This document shows positions 1 through 10,830 of a stretch of 64,000 nucleotides of DNA, one piece after another. The stretch is taken from NCBI RefSeq assembly GCF_964204645.1, contig NC_134036.1, positions 8,806,230 to 8,870,229 on the forward strand. Reading direction: 5' to 3'. Every line of letters starts with the position of its first letter. Positions within the stretch are counted from its first letter, which is position 1. This DNA comes from Tubulanus polymorphus (lineage: Eukaryota > Animalia > Nemertea). The position numbers and the translations under genes are program-made. A model generated the notes under the pieces. The model was not told the DNA's origin, did not search any database, and was given only the letters and a program-made list of their open reading frames with translations.

Positions 1-1622
1 CCTCAGTGAGTCCCGAGTGCCGACGCACCCGGGGGTCGTGTAGTCGTCGGCCATGGGCTGCCGATAAACTCGTCACTTACAATCCTGTAAATATTGTAAA
101 TTCTCCGTCAGTTCATCGTCTGTTTAAATTCAATCCTCTGACGATGCCAACTTAACGCTCTCGTCGCTGTAATTAGTAATAGTAATAGTAATAATAATAG
201 TATGGTAGGCCTATATCTTCTGTGCTATTTCCGTAATTTTACTCCGAGATGTCGTTTCTGCTGACTATGAAAATCACCTGTATTCAGTAACTCCTTTTTC
301 GAACGAACGCGCGGTCGTTTCATCTTCTTGACGTCGCCTCTGAATTTCGACTCTTTGAGTTCGCGTCACCGACATTTTGAATTTGGCGCGCAGTCGTTGA
401 TTAACGACAACGCTCGTCGTTAACTATTTGACGTTCCGTCGTATAATTCTTATCGTTGATTAACGACAACGCTCGTCGTTAACTATTTGACGCTCCGTCG
501 TATAATTTTTATCGTTGATTGAAGACAACGCTCGTCGTTAACTATTTGACGCTCCGTCGTATAATTCTTATCGTCGATTGAAGACAACGCTCGTCGTTAA
601 CTATTTGACGCTCCGTCGTATAATTCTTATCGTTGATTAACGACAACGCTCGTCGTTAACTACTTGACGCTCCGTCGTTAACATCTTAATCGTTGATTAG
701 CTTCGACGCTCGTTTACTGAGACCTAAGTTATATTAGATACACACCGGAGTCCGCCGCGCCACCGCTTCTATTTGACGTTCGGTCGTCTCCTTTGTATGC
801 TACCGTACATTGACTGTACCAAGGCTTTGCAAGCCATGAAGGGCACATTCTTTTTATATATCGAAATGTAAATAATCAAGGTGTTTTGCGTGTGGACATG
901 ATGTCCCCTTGGCATCAAGAACGATGAACTTTGTATTATAAGAAAATATATATATTTAATAATTCGTACTACATTCCAATCAAACTTCGAATCTTGCGTT
1001 TATTTGATTCGCCGGCACTGGAAGGAAGGACGAGGATTTCTGTTTGTTTTCCTGCTGCATCGAACCCATTTAGTTCTACGTGAGGATCGTTCCCCTATTG
1101 ACCGTCGCTACGGACAACACTTATGCATACGACTAGTTTGACAGATCTGGCATGAGTCGCAATTAGCTCCTGAGATGACGGGGGACAGCTATGTGCGAGA
1201 GGGCACTTGGAATGGGGGTAGCCATATCCGCCGAGTAATCAACACTGCGAGTTTCGTCCGAGGAAAGCCCCTAAAGCGGATTACTCTGAGTAGAGCGGGT
1301 TGGGGGGGTCTGTATTGGCCACACAGATTAAGGCTACGTGGAGTAGGGAGGCGACTGTTTGGAGGAGAGCGTACTGCTAAAGCGCCCTTTTTAGCGACAT
1401 TTTTTAATAGAGGAACCGATTCTACATATCTTATATCATTTACTTTCCTGGGGAAGACAAGAGTCTCCTTGCCGTATTCAATACCCGAGTGCGGTCGACC
1501 CAGGCGGACCCGTGTAGCGAGCGCCCCGGCACAGCAGAGTGACTACGACTACGCTACCTATGGACAACAGCAGTCACTACCTGTATTACTATTTTTTTTA
1601 TGTTTACACTACAACCGCTACA
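1..1622 (+). repeat. 5' LTR (partial)
   Basis: Matches 9329-10830; ends ...CCGCTACA immediately before AAAA and the PBS. Confidence 0.95.
394..715. repeat. 59-bp tandem repeat inside 5' LTR (5 full units plus partial)
   Basis: Units start at 394, 453, 512, 571, 630; the 3' LTR has 3 units (9722, 9781, 9840). Confidence 0.93.
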
Positions 1623-1626
1623 AAAA

Positions 1627-1644
1627 TGGTGGCAGCGGTGGGAT
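1627..1644 (+). promoter_or_regulatory. Primer binding site, tRNA-Leu
   Basis: TGGTGGCAGCGGTGGGAT is complementary to the 3' end (...ATCCCACCGCTGCCA-CCA) of metazoan tRNA-Leu(AAG/TAG); 4 nt after the LTR end. Confidence 0.9.
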
Positions 1645-1854
1645 CTATTTATCAAAATACTTCCCTTATTGAAAGTATTAATTTTCGTTTGACTTGACGA
1701 GTGACGGGTGAGGGCTAGTTTATTTTTTCCGATGCAGCAGAAATCCTTCTTCCAGTGATCAGCTTATCATATATATTTAAATTGGTTTTTCCTTTCAACC
1801 TTCTTGCGCGGCGTCATTCTAATCGTTCGTCTTCTAATTCAGCTATAAGTAAAA

Positions 1855-2973
1855 ATGGAAAATAATGACATGACGAGAGGTCGCTCACGTACCCGAGGCA
1901 AGGCAAAGAGCAGATCTCATAGTCAGGGAGATGAACGACATGTACGATTTGATCAAGACCTTGACCTTAATAGAGATCGCGAGGTTACTCAATCAGCCTC
2001 CGGCGACGGTTCTCACGACGGGTCATTAAGCCGACTTACCAGTGATGAGACTCGTACGATGACAGAATCGAGGGACGACATCACTGACCTTCCTTTCAAT
2101 GATGAAATCGACCGACCGAGGCCCTTTGAGCGTGAGACAACACCGATCGGCCCAGCAACCGCCGGCTATAGCTCGACTGTTCATAATTTATATAATATCA
2201 GACCCGAGACGTTTTCCGGAGACGGCTCATGGCCTGATTATCTCCAAGTTTTCGAGACTGTAGCCCGAATTAATGGCTGGAACGGACGTCTTAAAGCCGA
2301 TATCCTGTTTGCTCATCTTCGTGGTCCAGCCCGACAACTAGTATGTACACTCGTCGACGAGGAGAGGCGAGATTTTCAGCAACTGGTCAGAGTGCTCGAC
2401 AATCGCTTTGGACATGGTCATCAGGCTGAACTATTTTTGGCTGAAATAAGAAACAGACGTCGTAAACGAAATGAAGGCCTGAGAGAGCTCTCGCAGGTAT
2501 TAATCACCTTGGCAACCAAGGCTTACCCTGATTTAACTCCGACTCAACGAGACCGATTAACACGAAACCATTTTATCGATGCTTTGGATGATAGAGATTT
2601 GAGAATGCGCCTTCATCAGAGTCATAGTACGTCATTAGATGAGGTCGTGAAATTAGCGGTAGAACTCGAGGCATTCGAGAAACTAGAAGATGTTCGGGAG
2701 AGAAACTCGCATGGCTTCGTGAATCAGGTTAAATCGGAACCCCGTGGAGAAATTGAAGGGTTAAAAGAACAAGTCGCTCAACTAACCTCAATGGTGAAGC
2801 AAGTGTTGACTCAGCAACGCCCCCCTGTGGATGCCGGTAGGCGTCTCCCTAATCGCATCGTTTGTTACGCCTGCGGAGAGCCCGGCCACATTTCTCGAGA
2901 ATGTCGCAGATCAAGGCATCAGGGAAACGAGGGACGGTTGGCTCCTCGAGAGTCCGGCCAGCCGCGCAAGTAG
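1855..2973 (+). CDS. gag: Gag polyprotein
   Basis: PETFSG..W..Y...FE..A..NGW capsid signature; CYACGEPGHISREC zinc knuckle. Confidence 0.95.
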   Translation: MENNDMTRGRSRTRGKAKSRSHSQGDERHVRFDQDLDLNRDREVTQSASGDGSHDGSLSRLTSDETRTMTESRDDITDLPFNDEIDRPRPFERETTPIGPATAGYSSTVHNLYNIRPETFSGDGSWPDYLQVFETVARINGWNGRLKADILFAHLRGPARQLVCTLVDEERRDFQQLVRVLDNRFGHGHQAELFLAEIRNRRRKRNEGLRELSQVLITLATKAYPDLTPTQRDRLTRNHFIDALDDRDLRMRLHQSHSTSLDEVVKLAVELEAFEKLEDVRERNSHGFVNQVKSEPRGEIEGLKEQVAQLTSMVKQVLTQQRPPVDAGRRLPNRIVCYACGEPGHISRECRRSRHQGNEGRLAPRESGQPRK

Positions 2974-5900
2974 AAGAACTCTCATTTCCTTCATTAAATC
3001 ATCATACTCCAACTCCGAAAATTAAAGAAATCAGAAAGATTTATCAAATGAGCAGAAATTCAACGAGCATAATCATACACGGAAAAATAGGAGAAATCAA
3101 TGTAAATTATTTGATTGACACGGGAGCTTGCGTCTCCGTTGTAAATAGCAAGATTTATAATCGACTGCGTCCTGCGATGAAAGATAAATTAGAGATGTCA
3201 GATGTTGCATTGAGTACGGCCAATGGCTTAGGTATTGAGGTCAAAGGTCAGATGGAGATCGACGCTAAGATCTTCGATAAATCGACTCCCTGGAAATTTG
3301 TGATTGCTGATATATCAGAAGATGTCATACTCGGCATGGACTTTCTAGAATTTTTCGACTGTAAGATATTTCCCGGACGGAAGAGCTTGATTTTGGGTGA
3401 TGAGCAACTGTTTTACGGAAAGCACTGTAATCTTGACGAGAATAACACTCGAGTACGAAGCCGGCGGAAAGTTATCCTTCAGCCATTTTCGGAACAGATA
3501 GTTGATGGACTCGTAGATGTTCAACACCATACTGGAAAATGGGCAATAATAGAGTCATCTCGACTTTCCCATAAACACCAATTTCTCACCGCACGTAGTC
3601 TTGTAGACACAGAGAAGAAATTTCTACCAGCAAGGGTTATGAATCCGACCCCGGAAACGATAACCATTCATAAGGGTTCAACCCTGGGCTATCTCAGCAC
3701 CATCAGCCGAGTTGGCGGCTCACGCATGAATCAGATCGGCATAACCGAGCTAGAATTACAACCCGACCAGGGAGAGCCTGATCATTTAGTGGACTTAATT
3801 GCGAGGACCCTTGAGAATTTGAGTCCTACTGAGGGAGAACAAGCAAGACAGCTCATACTAGAATACTCTGACATATTTTCGAAATCGGACACTGATTTGG
3901 GTTTAGCCCAGGGCGTGACACACGACATTGACACCAATGGGAGCCGCCCTATCAAACAGCGGGCGAGGCGGATGCCCATATCGAAACAAGAGACAGCAGA
4001 CGAAATGGTGGAAGACATGCTAAACCGAGACGTGATAGAACCTTCATCCAGCCCTTGGTGCTCGAATATCGTGTTGGTCGGGCAGAAAGATGGTTCCACA
4101 CGGTTCTGCGTAGATTTCCGGGCATTGAACTCGTGTACGCGGCTTGACTCGTACCCGCTTCCCCGAATAGATGATTCGATTCGCTCTTTGTCAGGATCGA
4201 AATACTTTTGCACGATGGACTTAGCCTCAGGATATTCGCAGGTGGAGTTGTCTGAAGAAGCTAAAGAGAAAACAGCATTCGTAGTACGAAATGGCCTTTA
4301 TCAGTTTAAGCGTATGCCGTTCGGTCTATGCAACGCGGGCGCCACGTTTGAAAGATTGATGGAGCAGGTTTTGCGCGGGCTGCAAAATGAGATTTGTTTA
4401 ATTTATCTCGACGATATCATCGTATACGGAAGATCCTTCGACGAGACTCTGCAGAATCTACGGGCGGTCTTTGACCGAATCAGACGTTCCGGGTTGAAGC
4501 TCAAACCTAAGAAGTGTCAATTTTTCCAGAGAAGCGTCACTTTCCTAGGCCATATCGTCTCAGAAGAGGGAGTCGCCTGCGATCCTGTTAAGATTGAAGC
4601 CATCAAGAACTGGCCTACACCGAAGTGTCCAACTGATGTCCGATCATTCCTCGGCCTGGCGTCGTATTATCGAAATTTCTGCCCGGATTTCTCTTCCGTC
4701 GCTCACTCGATGTATAAATTAACCGAGAAAGACAGGAAGTTTACCTGGACATCAGACTGCGAAGATGCGTTCGTCCGATTGAAAGAGATGTTGATGTCGC
4801 CACCAGTCTTAGTCTATCCTGACCCCGATTTACCATTCATTCTAGATTGCGATGCTTCTGGAGTGGGGCTCGGAGGAGTACTATCTCAGCTGCAGGACGG
4901 ACAGGAAAGGGTGATCGCGTATGGTAGCCGTGTCCTTTCTAAACCGGAGAGAAACTATTGTACCACTAGGCGAGAGTTGCTCGCAGTTATAACTTATGTG
5001 AAACATTTTCGACACTACTTACTTGGGAGAGAATTCCTCCTCAGGACTGACCACGCGTCACTTCGGTGGCTGATGTCATTCAAGGAGCCAGAGGGACAGA
5101 CCGCAAGATGGATAACCGCCTTGGCCGAGTATCGATTCAAGATTCAACATCGACCCGGTCGTTTTCACACCAATGCTGATGGTCTTTCACGCCGAGAGTG
5201 TGCAAGCTGCCTCCGTTCTTCTTCAAACTTTCAGGGCGATATTTCTCCCTGTAATGACAGAACCAAAATTAGAAACATTAACATCGAACAACGAAATATA
5301 CCTAGATCTGGGACCACCCTGTTAAGTTCAACCGAATGGACGACTCAGCAATTGATAAATGAACAGGCAGTTGACTCGGAGCTATCTTGGATAGTGGAAA
5401 GATTCAAGTCCGGCGACAGGCCTGCCTGGCAAGATGTCTCCAGCCTTGGGCTTTCGACCAAGTTCTACTGGGCTCGATGGACACAATTAAAACTGATTGA
5501 CGGTAAACTATTTATAAGCAAGGAACGCGCTGGACATCCCGATTCAACGCTCCTACTCCTCCCGAGAAAGTATCGAAAAGAAGTCTTTAACTCCATCCAT
5601 AACTCCCGTACTTCGGCACATTTCGGAGTAAAGAAGACTCTCGCCGCCGTCCATGGTCAATATTTCTGGCACGGAATCCATGAGGACATTAAACTCTGGT
5701 GTCAACAGTGTCATATCTGCGCGTCAAGAAAGACCACCCCTAAGAAGAGAAGGGCCGCTATGAAAGATTACAGAGTGGGACTACCACTCGAACGAATCGC
5801 ACTCGACATTCTAGGTCCTCTCCCCGAGACTGACTCTGGCAATACAGTTATCTTAGTTGTGACTGACTATTTCACTCGGTGGGTAGAAGCCTATGCTCTA

Positions 5901-6731
5901 CCCAACCAGACAGCTGTTACCGTGGCAACGACCTTAGTGAGAGAATTCATTTCGAGGTATGGTGTAGCCCGCCAATTCCATAGTGACCAAGGCACGAACT
6001 TCCAATCGAAACTAGTTAGAGAGATATGCGAACTGCTTGAGATGCAGAAAACCCGTACAACGGCCTATCACCCGCAATCCGACGGGTTGTGCGAGAAGTA
6101 CAATCGGACTCTTTTAGACGGCCTCGCTATGACTGTGAATTCTAACCAGACTGACTGGGACGAACAATTACCTTTCTTAACTATGGCGTACCGTGCTTCC
6201 GTGCATGATAGCACTGGTTTTACTCCGAATTATTTGATGTTCGGGCGTGAAATTAACTTACCGCTTCAAATTGTATCCGGTACATCCGCGGCGGAACACT
6301 CTCCTCTTCCAACTAAATCGTATGCGATCGAAGTTAAAGAGCGTCTTGAAACCGCGTTTGCATTGACTCGACGCAACCTGGAAATAAGAACGAAGCGAAA
6401 TAAGAGATGTTACGATTTGCGACAGAGCGGCTCTACTTATAATATCGGAGATTTAGTCTGGGTTTACACGCCCGCCATTTCGGCCCGACAGACCAAGAAA
6501 TTGTCCTGTCTTTACACTGGTCCGTTTTCAGTCACGCGCATAGTCAACGACGTGGTCTTTGGTGTTGAGAATCTCGAAAACCACAATGTCAAATATATAC
6601 ATTTCGATCGATTGAAGCCCTATGTGGCCGTTGATTCGCCCCTAGGTGCGATGCCCTCTGAGGGCCTTTCTAGTAGAAGATCTGATCGAAGAACCCGCTT
6701 GCCCGATAGGTTCGGGGATTGGACCGTCTAA
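2862..6731 (+). CDS. pol: Pol polyprotein (protease, RT, RNase H, integrase), entered by frameshift near 2928
   Basis: LIDTGA protease; YLDD RT; CDASG RNase H; HHCC and DDE integrase; GPF motif; uninterrupted frame. Confidence 0.97.
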   Translation: MLRLRRARPHFSRMSQIKASGKRGTVGSSRVRPAAQVEELSFPSLNHHTPTPKIKEIRKIYQMSRNSTSIIIHGKIGEINVNYLIDTGACVSVVNSKIYNRLRPAMKDKLEMSDVALSTANGLGIEVKGQMEIDAKIFDKSTPWKFVIADISEDVILGMDFLEFFDCKIFPGRKSLILGDEQLFYGKHCNLDENNTRVRSRRKVILQPFSEQIVDGLVDVQHHTGKWAIIESSRLSHKHQFLTARSLVDTEKKFLPARVMNPTPETITIHKGSTLGYLSTISRVGGSRMNQIGITELELQPDQGEPDHLVDLIARTLENLSPTEGEQARQLILEYSDIFSKSDTDLGLAQGVTHDIDTNGSRPIKQRARRMPISKQETADEMVEDMLNRDVIEPSSSPWCSNIVLVGQKDGSTRFCVDFRALNSCTRLDSYPLPRIDDSIRSLSGSKYFCTMDLASGYSQVELSEEAKEKTAFVVRNGLYQFKRMPFGLCNAGATFERLMEQVLRGLQNEICLIYLDDIIVYGRSFDETLQNLRAVFDRIRRSGLKLKPKKCQFFQRSVTFLGHIVSEEGVACDPVKIEAIKNWPTPKCPTDVRSFLGLASYYRNFCPDFSSVAHSMYKLTEKDRKFTWTSDCEDAFVRLKEMLMSPPVLVYPDPDLPFILDCDASGVGLGGVLSQLQDGQERVIAYGSRVLSKPERNYCTTRRELLAVITYVKHFRHYLLGREFLLRTDHASLRWLMSFKEPEGQTARWITALAEYRFKIQHRPGRFHTNADGLSRRECASCLRSSSNFQGDISPCNDRTKIRNINIEQRNIPRSGTTLLSSTEWTTQQLINEQAVDSELSWIVERFKSGDRPAWQDVSSLGLSTKFYWARWTQLKLIDGKLFISKERAGHPDSTLLLLPRKYRKEVFNSIHNSRTSAHFGVKKTLAAVHGQYFWHGIHEDIKLWCQQCHICASRKTTPKKRRAAMKDYRVGLPLERIALDILGPLPETDSGNTVILVVTDYFTRWVEAYALPNQTAVTVATTLVREFISRYGVARQFHSDQGTNFQSKLVREICELLEMQKTRTTAYHPQSDGLCEKYNRTLLDGLAMTVNSNQTDWDEQLPFLTMAYRASVHDSTGFTPNYLMFGREINLPLQIVSGTSAAEHSPLPTKSYAIEVKERLETAFALTRRNLEIRTKRNKRCYDLRQSGSTYNIGDLVWVYTPAISARQTKKLSCLYTGPFSVTRIVNDVVFGVENLENHNVKYIHFDRLKPYVAVDSPLGAMPSEGLSSRRSDRRTRLPDRFGDWTV
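2922..2983 (+). promoter_or_regulatory. -1 programmed ribosomal frameshift signal
   Basis: G GGA AAC heptamer in gag phase; 6-nt spacer; stem 2935-2943/2956-2964; loop GAGAGT can pair with ACTCTC at 2978-2983; pol is in the -1 frame. Confidence 0.85.
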
Positions 6732-6771
6732 TCTGGTTTTCTTATATAAATCTGCAACTTTGTTATTACAG

Positions 6772-8047
6772 GTCGAGCATCAAGACTAAATGTCGCTTTT
6801 GCTATAAGCATTTCCGTTCAGAAGCGATCGAAGCGCATGCTGATGGGTGTGAGGGGCGGCCTGTCGCAGGCCGCTGCTACAAATGCCGCGACTGCGGCCG
6901 TATTTCACGTACTAAACTTTCCGCGCGGCAGCATGGAAAATATCATGTAAAAACGACAAATCGCGACCCGGGGTACGAGGTCGTCACCGAGGGCGACGAG
7001 AATTCACCTCCGCGCAAAATCGTGCGCACCGAGGAGTGGGACCGAGATCCAGCTCTATCCATCTCAGAATCTCCCGGCCACACTGACTACCGTCGGGCGC
7101 GACGCGAGGCCGACCGGGCCCATCGGGCACGCGTAAAGGCCAACATGATTGCAAGCGACCGCATCACGGAGGAGGCCCGCCAGCTCGACTCGGCCTTTCT
7201 GGCGCAACAGACCAGTATAGGGTTAGAGATTCGTCGAGACCTCGAAGCCAGGAAGGCGATAGCTCGGCTTGAACCCGGTAGACCGACACCGATCGCGACG
7301 CCCCAGATTGCGCCGCTACCGATATCAACATCTCCGCCCCTGATCGCGACGCCTCCGACCGTGTTAACTCCTATTGCGTCGCCACCGAAGGCGACACACG
7401 CGTCGGATATCGGCCCGGACATGCCGGCCGATTTTGACCACGTTTTGAGCAAGGGGGACGCCCCTCTTTCTGCGACTTCTCCAAATTCGTCGGCCGACAT
7501 TCCCGTCGTTGCACCGATAGTCGTCGCGGAGACGGAGGCCGAAGCGGGCAAGTTCCAGCTGATGAACAACCAAATCACGCCGGTGATACCCACCAGGAGC
7601 ATTGAAGAGGAGGAACAGCGGCTGCTCGCCCTGGCTGACGCTGGTGTGCCAGAAGTTATCATAGGAACGAACGAACTGGTAAGTGTTGGCACGGGCCAGC
7701 ACGTCATGCTTGTACGCGACGAGGAGGTTGGCTCGGCGTCCACCCGTAGCCTTCATGTGACATTACACTATCACCCCTCCGCGATGGGTACCGCGTATCA
7801 ATACTGTGGGACCCCTACCGAAACCTTCGCCTGCACAGCGTGTCGGGTCCTCGCAGCCCACCACGGGATTGAATGGCCTCCCGCCGAGAACGAGATCACT
7901 CCGCGACGCGTTGCAGTATTTGGCCTGCGACACCAACATCCGACTCCGCACGGACCCGTCGCCACCTGGGGCCTGGACCGTCGGCCCAGTCCGTGCGTCC
8001 TGTGCGCCATCGATTGCAAATCCGCCAAGATCCCATACGTATATTAG
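6772..8047 (+). CDS. ORF3 of retrotransposon: N-terminal C2H2-like zinc fingers, Pro-rich linker, C-terminal Cys/His cluster; probably spliced
   Basis: Long open frame after pol; CRFC..H..C and CRDC...H...H motifs; acceptor ...TTTGTTATTACAG|G at 6771/6772. Confidence 0.75.
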
Positions 8048-8363
8048 TGGTCTGTTTTTACCTGTTTTTACGGTGTTCCGTATGTTCCGGGGATCTGGTG
8101 GGGGTCGTTGAGGGCCGAGAGGAGGCTGATTCGGAGCACTCCGGATGAGTGCCTGGTCCCCTCGTCGGTTCTTTTCGGCTCCGCCCGCTTGCCGGGACCT
8201 CGGAACCCCGTTTCCTGTAAATGTAATATTAATTGTAATTTGTACTATTTTCGGGTCTTCTACTTTCGGGCTTGCTTTTTGATTAGGCCTTTTTCGCTTT
8301 TTGTCATTATGACACCCAATTTTCTTTAAATTCATTTCGCCTCATCGCCTTAAGGCGTAGTAT

Positions 8364-8378
8364 GAGGCTGGGCGGGGG
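8364..8378 (+). promoter_or_regulatory. Polypurine tract
   Basis: GAGGCTGGGCGGGGG followed by TTTT then TGTGGCG (inferred LTR start). Confidence 0.7.
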
Positions 8379-8382
8379 TTTT

Positions 8383-10830
8383 TGTGGCGAAAATTGTCAA
8401 TATCTGGGGTGGGTTTGACCACAAAATGTCGGTCTTTGGTGAAATTATATTATGTATTTCGGAATGGCCTTAAGCCGTTCTTTTCTCATTGTTTCTTTTT
8501 AGATGTACGTATTCCGGGACGGGGCTGGGTGTTCTGCGGCGATGTTTCGGGATCTTTTCGGCTCAATTTCAATCTGACAGATTTTTGGCAGTCCTGTCAG
8601 ATTCCAATTTCACGACCTGGGCAGGCCCCCGCGGTGTTGGCCACGCCACATCGCGGTGACATTAGCGATTTTTCGGCGCCTGTCCAGGCCATTCTTTTAT
8701 CCTCCACCTACCTATTAGTGTGTGTTCTCCTTTTTATATTCGAGACCCAACTTCTTTGATTTTGGGCCGTTTTGGTTCCGTCTCGTCGCCGGAGAATTCT
8801 CCAGCCCTGCTCGTGTTTACGCTCGTTTTTACGACGCCGTTCGCTGGCGCCGCCTCACTTCCGTGTGAGCGTTTTCGCGATGGTGCGGTTAACTCCGGTT
8901 TATTTTTAGTAAATATCTCCGTATCGGTCTTATAGTCGTCATTTTTCGCGTTAATCTTAAAATATTATAGAACTTAATTCTACTTCTCGCGTATGAAGTC
9001 TTTATTTAGGGTTTTATCATTCGTCACGGTCGAATGATTTCGCGTGCTCTACTTTGTCCGTGGATCGTATCACTGCTCGTCACGCTTGACCAATCACCGC
9101 GTGCGTTGACCGCATGAAAACTATAAATTTGGCGCAATCGCGCTCATTGGCAACTTGGCTCTGGCAGAGCCACATTAGAAACTCTTCTTGCTGCCTCTTC
9201 ACCGTTTTACGAATCGGACGCTGTAAATCGTACAGATCATGTAAGAAGACAATTTTACTCTCTAATTAAGACACGGGCCTCCGGGTCGTCTGACCCCGGG
9301 ATCGCTGCAGTGGTTTTTGACATCCCGCCCTCAGTGAGTCCCGAGTGCCGACGCACCCGGGGGTCGTGTAGTCGTCGGCCATGGGCTGCCGATAAACTCG
9401 TCACTTACAATCCTGTAAATATTGTAAATTCTCCGTCAGTTCATCGTCTGTTTAAATTCAATCCTCTGACGATGCCAACTTAACGCTCTCGTCGCTGTAA
9501 TTAGTAATAGTAATAGTAATAATAATAGTATGGTAGGCCTATATCTTCTGTGCTATTTCCGTAATTTTACTCCGAGATGTCGTTTCTGCTGACTATGAAA
9601 ATCACCTGTATTCAGTAACTCCTTTTTCGAACGAACGCGCGGTCGTTTCATCTTCTTGACGTCGCCTCTGAATTTCGACTCTTTGAGTTCGCGTCACCGA
9701 CATTTTGAATTTGGCGCGCAGTCGTTGATTAACGACAACGCTCGTCGTTAACTATTTGACGTTCCGTCGTGTAATTCTTATCGTTGATTGAAGACAACGC
9801 TCGTCGTTAACTACTTGACGCTCCGTCGTATAATTCTTATCGTTGATTAACGACAACGCTCGTCGTTAACTACTTGACGCTCCGTCGTTAACATCTTAAT
9901 CGTTGATTAGCTTCGACGCTCGTTTACTGAGACCTAAGTTATATTAGATACACACCGGAGTCCGCCGCGCCACCGCTTCTATTTGACGTTCGGTCGTCTC
10001 CTTTGTATGCTACCGTACATTGACTGTACCAAGGCTTTGCAAGCCATGAAGGGCACATTCTTTTTATATATCGAAATGTAAATAATCAAGGTGTTTTGCG
10101 TGTGGACATGATGTCCCCTTGGCATCAAGAACGATGAACTTTGTATTATAAGAAAATATATATATTTAATAATTCGTACTACATTCCAATCAAACTTCGA
10201 ATCTTGCGTTTATTTGATTCGCCGGCACTGGAAGGAAGGACGAGGATTTCTGTTTGTTTTCCTGCTGCATCGAACCCATTTAGTTCTACGTGAGGATCGT
10301 TCCCCTATTGACCGTCGCTACGGACAACACTTATGCATACGACTAGTTTGACAGATCTGGCATGAGTCGCAATTAGCTCCTGAGATGACGGGGGACAGCT
10401 ATGTGCGAGAGGGCACTTGGAATGGGGGTAGCCATATCCGCCGAGTAATCAACACTGCGAGTTTCGTCCGAGGAAAGCCCCTAAAGCGGATTACTCTGAG
10501 TAGAGCGGGTTGGGGGGTCTGTATTGGCCACACAGATTAAGGCTACGTGGAGTAGGGAGGCGACTGTTTGGAGGAGAGCGTACTGCTAAAGCGCCCTTTT
10601 TAGCGACATTTTTTAATAGAGGAACCGATTCTACATATCTTATATCATTTACTTTCCTGGGGAAGACAAGAGTCTCCTTGCCGTATTCACTACCCGAGTG
10701 CGGTCGACCCAGGCGGACCCGTGTAGCGAGCGCCCCGGCACAGCAGAGTGACTACGACTACGCTACCTATGGACAACAGCAGTCACTACCTGTATTACTA
10801 TTTTTTTATGTTTACACTACAACCGCTACA
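8383..10830 (+). repeat. 3' LTR (~2.45 kb)
   Basis: TGTGGCG...CGCTACA imperfect inverted ends; the start is inferred from the PPT because the matching 5' LTR part is outside the window. Confidence 0.85.
9090..9246 (+). promoter_or_regulatory. LTR promoter (CCAAT 9090, TATAAA 9122, Inr-like TCATT 9144) and splice donor AT|GTAAGA at 9240/9241
   Basis: Canonical Pol II motif order followed by a consensus 5' splice site. Confidence 0.6.

Larger units (their letters stand above)
1..10830 (+). mobile_element. Ty3/Gypsy LTR retrotransposon, near intact (5' end lies before the window)
   Basis: Near-identical direct repeats 1-1622 and 9329-10830; PBS; gag with CCHC; pol in PR-RT-RH-IN order; PPT. 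Confidence 0.97.

Noticed and set aside
394-715. Palindromic repeat array resembling CRISPR
   Set aside because: Units are contiguous with no unique spacers, lie in an LTR, and there are no cas genes.
1175-1672. 165-aa ORF in the LTR
   Set aside because: The 3' LTR copy is frameshifted by homopolymer changes and the peptide has no recognisable motif.
7087-8335. Several antisense and overlapping ORFs over ORF3
   Set aside because: Expected shadows of a GC-rich coding region.
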